Assembly (NCBI RefSeq): GCF_043950625.1
Contig: NZ_CP171007.1
DNA length: 32,000 nt
Reading direction: 5' to 3' (one strand)
Source: Alkanindiges sp. WGS2144
Lineage (GTDB): Bacteria; Pseudomonadota; Gammaproteobacteria; Pseudomonadales; Moraxellaceae
In this document: positions 28,024 to 32,000 of the stretch, one piece after another
Layout: each line of letters starts with the position of its first letter
Position numbering within the stretch: position 1 is the first letter of the stretch
Translations under genes and position numbers: made by a program
The notes under the pieces: model-generated
Told to the model about the DNA's origin: nothing
The model's database searches: none
Seen by the model: only the letters and a program-made list of their open reading frames with translations

Positions 28024-29571
28024 TCAATGCACAGGCATATTGTCCGTCATAGCAGGCTTGGTTTTTTTGACAAACACCACCAAAAGACCTGCGGCAAACA
28101 TCAATACCGCCAGCATAATCAAAATATCATTAAAAGCCAGCGTGAGTGCCTGCTGCTGCATTTGTTTATAAAGTAGCGACAGGGCATATTGATCAGCCTG
28201 ATCGCCAAATACAGCACGGTATTTTTCAGCAGTCTGGCTTAAATAGCTGGTCACTTCTATCCGATCCGGGGTCAACTGGCTTTCCAGACTGCTGATATGC
28301 ACTGCCCTTTGCTGGTCTATCAGGGTATTAATAATCGCAAGGCCAATCGCCCCGCCAATATTACGGGTCAGGTTGTATACGCCACTGGCGCCTTTAATTT
28401 TATCCAGCGACAGGGTTGACATGGCCAGCTGCGACATCACAATCAGCCCCATCATCATGCCAATACCACGCAATATCTGAGGCCAGAAAAACTCATCAAA
28501 ATCACTTTGAATCGTCAAATTGGCATTCATTGCTACACCTAAGGCAGCCACACCCAGACCAATAAAAATTACTTTACGGGGATCAAAACGTGACATCACT
28601 GAACCGGCTATAGGCGCAAACAAAAACATGGTAACGCCCATGACCAGCATGATATGACCAATTTGGCTACTGTTCATACCGCGTACCTGTCCCAGAAAAA
28701 CTGGCACAATGTACACCATGCCATACAGCGCAATACCAAGCACAAAAGTCATCATGGAGCTTAGAGCAAAATTACGATTGCCAAAAACACTTAAATCAAC
28801 AATAGGATGCCTACTGGTAAAACAGCGATAAAAGAAGATAAGCGCTGCCGTCACGCAACATATAAAAGCATATAAAATACTGTGATCAGAAAACCAGTCA
28901 TTACGCGGACCTTCATCCAGCACATACTCCAGGCAGCCCAAAAACAATGCCATGCTACCAAGACCCAGCCAGTCAATTTTTGAAAACAGACTAAAATCCG
29001 GTTTATCCAGATCCTGCGCGGCAAATACAAACGCTGCAATGAGCAGGCCAGGTAAAATATTGATAAAAAACATCCAGTGCCAGGACAAATGTGTAGTCAG
29101 CCAACCACCCAGCGTTGGCCCAATTGCAGGCCCCAAGGTACTCACCATACCAATAGCCACCAAAGGTAGCGCCTGTTTGGACTTGGGAAACAGCACAAAT
29201 AACGCGGCCATCGTTGTGGGAATCATGCCGCCACCCAAAAACCCCTGTATGGCACGAAACACCAGCATGGATTCCAGATTCCAGGCCAATCCACACAACA
29301 GCGAAGCAATAGAAAAGCCCAAAGCAGAAATCGTAAAATAAATACGTGTAGAAAATAAATTGGACAACAACGCGGACAATGGAATAGCAATGACTTCAGC
29401 AATCAGGTAAATGGTTTGCACCCACGCTACTTCGCTTTGACTGGCTCCTAGACCCGCCTGAATTTCATTAATTGAACTCGCCACAATCTGAATATCCAGA
29501 ATGGCCATAAAATTACCAAATACCATGGCACCAAACATGGCCCAGGCAGCGGCAGGGCTAATCTTCATCAT
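28024..29571 (-). CDS. emrB: MFS DHA2-family (14-TMS) multidrug efflux permease, EmrB/QacA type
   Basis: 515 aa. N-terminus AMFGAMVFGNFMAILDIQIVASS. WRAIQGFLGGG-like motif (FRAIQGFLGGGMIP). The hydrophobic profile is consistent with 14 helices. Confidence 0.88.
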   Translation of the reverse strand: MMKISPAAAWAMFGAMVFGNFMAILDIQIVASSINEIQAGLGASQSEVAWVQTIYLIAEVIAIPLSALLSNLFSTRIYFTISALGFSIASLLCGLAWNLESMLVFRAIQGFLGGGMIPTTMAALFVLFPKSKQALPLVAIGMVSTLGPAIGPTLGGWLTTHLSWHWMFFINILPGLLIAAFVFAAQDLDKPDFSLFSKIDWLGLGSMALFLGCLEYVLDEGPRNDWFSDHSILYAFICCVTAALIFFYRCFTSRHPIVDLSVFGNRNFALSSMMTFVLGIALYGMVYIVPVFLGQVRGMNSSQIGHIMLVMGVTMFLFAPIAGSVMSRFDPRKVIFIGLGVAALGVAMNANLTIQSDFDEFFWPQILRGIGMMMGLIVMSQLAMSTLSLDKIKGASGVYNLTRNIGGAIGLAIINTLIDQQRAVHISSLESQLTPDRIEVTSYLSQTAEKYRAVFGDQADQYALSLLYKQMQQQALTLAFNDILIMLAVLMFAAGLLVVFVKKTKPAMTDNMPVH

Positions 29572-29649
29572 TTTCCCAGCTTACTTCCATTTAACATTGC
29601 AAGCCACCTTGCAGGGCAGATACAAAACTAATGACAACGTAATGACAAA

Positions 29650-30780
29650 CTAGCTACGCAAGTCAACTTTTATGCGTGCTGACAGCCCAGGCCGCAATAC
29701 TGGCTCACCTTTTTTATGGTTAATAAGAATTTTTACTGGTACACGCTGTACCACTTTATTAAAGTTACCTGTGGCGTTTTCTGGCGGCAATAACGAAAAC
29801 TCTGCACCCGAAGCAGGTGAAAAACTATCAATATGCCCAGTAAATTCATAATCCGGATAAGCATCCAGCTTAATGCTTACTTTTTGCCCCACTTTCATAT
29901 TGGTAATCTGAGTTTCCTTGAAGTTGGCTTCAACAAAAGTTTTTTCCAGAGGAACAATCGCCAGCAAGCGGGTTTGGGAGCTAACCCGGCTACCCAGACG
30001 CACCCCCAGGCTACCAATAGTGCCTGATATTGGAGCCACCACTTTGGCCGAAGAAGCATCCACCTGAATTAAGTCCACATTGGCTCTGGCGCTGCTTACA
30101 TCGGCCAGTAACTGCTCACGGGATGCCTCAATACCTGCCAATTGTGCTTCTGCCGCACTCACACCAGCCTGTGCCCGCTTCACCTGTGCCACCGCGCTTA
30201 AATACTGCGACTGTACCGTTTCCAACCGTTGGCGTGTGGTTATGCCCTCACCCAGAAGCTGCTGATAACGATCATAGTCTTTTTTCAAACGCATCATTTC
30301 TGCATTTGCCGCATCAAGATTTGCTCTGGCTTCGGCAATCATGGCCTGCTGACCAGCAATATTTTGCCGCTGAATGCCAAGCGCAGCCTGTTTTAATTCG
30401 GTAATGGCCGCAGCCTGCTGATAACGGGCCTGAATGTCACGATCGTCTAACTGCATCAATACCTGACCGGCTTTAACCTGCTGGTTATTTTTGACATTTA
30501 GCTGCGTCACTTCACCGGCTATACGCGGACTCACCCAGGTCACATCGGCCTTCAAATAGGCGTTATCGGTTGATTCATAAAACCGATAAACCATGACATA
30601 ATAAATGAATCCAATAACAGCCATGATCAAAAAGATTGCCAAAATAATTTTGGGAAGCTGTTTTCTTTTATTCGGTGCAATATCTGTCTGTTGCTCAGCT
30701 GTATCCGGCTGATCTGCTGTCAGGTTTTGGGCATTATTTTGCGGATCAGGCGATTGAACATTTGTGGCATTAGCCGACAT
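29650..30780 (-). CDS. emrA: HlyD-family periplasmic adaptor, EmrA type
   Basis: Single TM anchor LPKIILAIFLIMAVIGFIYYVMV. Lipoyl-like hairpin YLKADVTWVSPRIAGEV. Long A/Q-rich coiled coil. C-terminal beta-barrel FNKVVQRVPVKI. ATG 30780 has a perfect SD (AAGGAG plus 6 nt). Confidence 0.88.
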   Translation of the reverse strand: MSANATNVQSPDPQNNAQNLTADQPDTAEQQTDIAPNKRKQLPKIILAIFLIMAVIGFIYYVMVYRFYESTDNAYLKADVTWVSPRIAGEVTQLNVKNNQQVKAGQVLMQLDDRDIQARYQQAAAITELKQAALGIQRQNIAGQQAMIAEARANLDAANAEMMRLKKDYDRYQQLLGEGITTRQRLETVQSQYLSAVAQVKRAQAGVSAAEAQLAGIEASREQLLADVSSARANVDLIQVDASSAKVVAPISGTIGSLGVRLGSRVSSQTRLLAIVPLEKTFVEANFKETQITNMKVGQKVSIKLDAYPDYEFTGHIDSFSPASGAEFSLLPPENATGNFNKVVQRVPVKILINHKKGEPVLRPGLSARIKVDLRS

Positions 30781-30819
30781 CTGATGCTCCTTGCGCAGCA
30801 TTAAGGTGAATGATATGGT

Positions 30820-30839
30820 ACTGTACCGAACAGTACAGT
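30820..30839. promoter_or_regulatory. Candidate TetR operator in the emrA/tetR divergent region
   Basis: Inverted repeat ACTGTAC-CGAACA-GTACAGT (7-bp perfect arms, 6-bp spacer). It is centred between the emrA start (30780) and the tetR start (30904). Confidence 0.5.
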
Positions 30840-30903
30840 TTTAATAGAGCAGTAGTTTGCACTTTTTTTTGGCTTAATCAAATAGAGCGGAATAATTTTT
30901 ATT

Positions 30904-31557
30904 ATGAGCAACGTGCCAGACACGCCGCAATCTGCCTGCTGTCTGCCCTTGACGCGCCGGGGTAAACAGCGGCGTACCTCCCTGTTACAAGCTGCCAATA
31001 CACTTTTTTTAGAAAAAGGCTTCAATGCAGTGAGTCTGGATGATATTGTTCAGGTATGTGGCGGTTCAAAGGCAGCCATTTATCAGTATTTTGGCAATAA
31101 AAAAGGGCTGCTGGCAGCGCTGTTCGAATACCGGAGCGAGAATTTCTTTAGGGAAAATCCTCCTCCAGAACGCCAGCCTGGCCAGACTTTGCATGAAATC
31201 ATGTTACTGATGGCCAAAGCCGTATATACCGCCTTTACCGACCCTAATAATATTGCCTTTATGCGCCTGGTCGTGGAAGAGTCCCAGCGTGATCCGGAAC
31301 TTGCACAACTGGCTTATGACACCGGCCCTAAACGTGGCCTGTTGCTGATTGCAGGACTACTTGAACAGGCTCATCAACACGGTGAAATCAACTGTCCGCG
31401 CCCCTATGAATCTGCCACACTGTTTTTTGGTATGTTGCGTCATGCCCAGTGGCGCTTACTGGTAGGCCTACCCCCGCTGGAACCTCACTTAAATGCTGAT
31501 CATTATTTAAAATATCTGGTTGAACGTTTCTTAGCAGGTCATCATCTTTCATCATGA
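30904..31557 (+). CDS. TetR/AcrR-family transcriptional repressor
   Basis: N-terminal HTH LLQAANTLFLEKGFNAVSLDDIVQVCGGSKAAIYQYFGNKKGLL. 217 aa. Divergent from emrAB. Confidence 0.9.
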   Translation: MSNVPDTPQSACCLPLTRRGKQRRTSLLQAANTLFLEKGFNAVSLDDIVQVCGGSKAAIYQYFGNKKGLLAALFEYRSENFFRENPPPERQPGQTLHEIMLLMAKAVYTAFTDPNNIAFMRLVVEESQRDPELAQLAYDTGPKRGLLLIAGLLEQAHQHGEINCPRPYESATLFFGMLRHAQWRLLVGLPPLEPHLNADHYLKYLVERFLAGHHLSS

Positions 31558-32000
31558 ATTTTTTCCCCACTTCTATTTCTACTTACCGGTCAGTTATATT
31601 CTTATTTGTAGGTATCCTATTAAGCATCCTACCCGCTCAGGCACAAACGCTGGTACAAAGTATCGAACTGGCCAAACGTTATCAGTCAGAGCGTCAGCTG
31701 GCTGGCTTGCAAATTGACGAACAGCTTGCCCAACTTGCCCAGACCAAGGCACAATACGGACTCAAACTAAATGCAGGTGCAGAGCTTGGTGCTGGCTATA
31801 TCACGACTGAAAAAAATGCTTTGTTTCCTGAGGAAGGCAAGCGTTTTCCACAGACAGTATCCCTGCAATTTAGCTACCCTCTTTATACTTCCGGCCGTCA
31901 GCAGCTGGCGATGCAGGCCGCACAAACCAGTGTAGAAGCTGCCAGAGTCAATGCCGACCATGCAGATACCCAGGCAACACTTGCAGCCATCAATTTACAT
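31554..32000 (+). CDS. TolC-family outer-membrane efflux protein, N-terminal part (runs off the right window edge)
   Basis: Hand translation from ATG 31554 (ATGA overlap with the tetR stop) gives MNFFPTSISTYRSVIFLFVGILLSILPAQA/QTLVQSIELAKRYQSERQLAGLQIDEQ...SLQFSYPLYTSGRQQLAMQAAQTSVEAA. That is a signal peptide plus the typical OEP-family first repeat. The frame is open to the window end. Confidence 0.8.
   Translation, partial: MNFFPTSISTYRSVIFLFVGILLSILPAQAQTLVQSIELAKRYQSERQLAGLQIDEQLAQLAQTKAQYGLKLNAGAELGAGYITTEKNALFPEEGKRFPQTVSLQFSYPLYTSGRQQLAMQAAQTSVEAARVNADHADTQATLAAINLH

Noticed and set aside
30030-30404. 124-aa ORF antisense to emrA (and a 61-aa ORF at 30080-30265)
   Set aside because: This is a shadow frame of the A/Q-rich coiled-coil region of emrA. 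It is P/H/L/W-rich nonsense sequence with no start context.

Overview
The window reads as conserved chromosomal backbone of a gammaproteobacterium. Gene content and order look Moraxellaceae/Acinetobacter-like, but that is an impression from synteny, not a search result. About 27 CDS are tightly packed on both strands.

Left to right:
- Truncated membrane-protein gene.
- Orphan heme-oxygenase-like (UndA/TenA/PqqC-fold) gene.
- grxD and argD, divergent.
- LysR regulator.
- Cell-wall trio: NlpD-like LysM/M23 lipoprotein, unknown secreted protein, PBP5/6 DD-carboxypeptidase.
- nudJ-mnmA-hflD-purB block.
- About 480 bp of very AT-rich spacer.
- roxA-type JmjC cupin plus an uncharacterised 180-aa partner.
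- HSL-family esterase.
- tamB-tamA, divergent from an LplT-like MFS gene and coq7.
- PF10118-type hydrolase broken by an in-frame TAA.
- prpC-prpB.
- emrB-emrA, divergent from tetR and a TolC-family OMP gene that runs off the window.

I found no tRNA/rRNA genes, CRISPR arrays, transposases, integrases or phage genes. I found no convincing defence-type or otherwise clearly novel multi-gene system, and I say so rather than force one.

The items most worth a second look:
1. A TamA about 320 aa longer than the E. coli paradigm, because of two acidic low-complexity insertions.
2. The UndA-like diiron-ligand pattern in the first ORF.
3. The nonsense-interrupted hydrolase that still has a near-consensus promoter.
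4. A prpBC pair stripped of its dehydratase/isomerase and regulator genes.
5. The 21% GC spacer at the purB-roxA junction.
6. The unknown protein apparently co-transcribed with roxA.

All homology statements come from motif reading and memory, not database searches.
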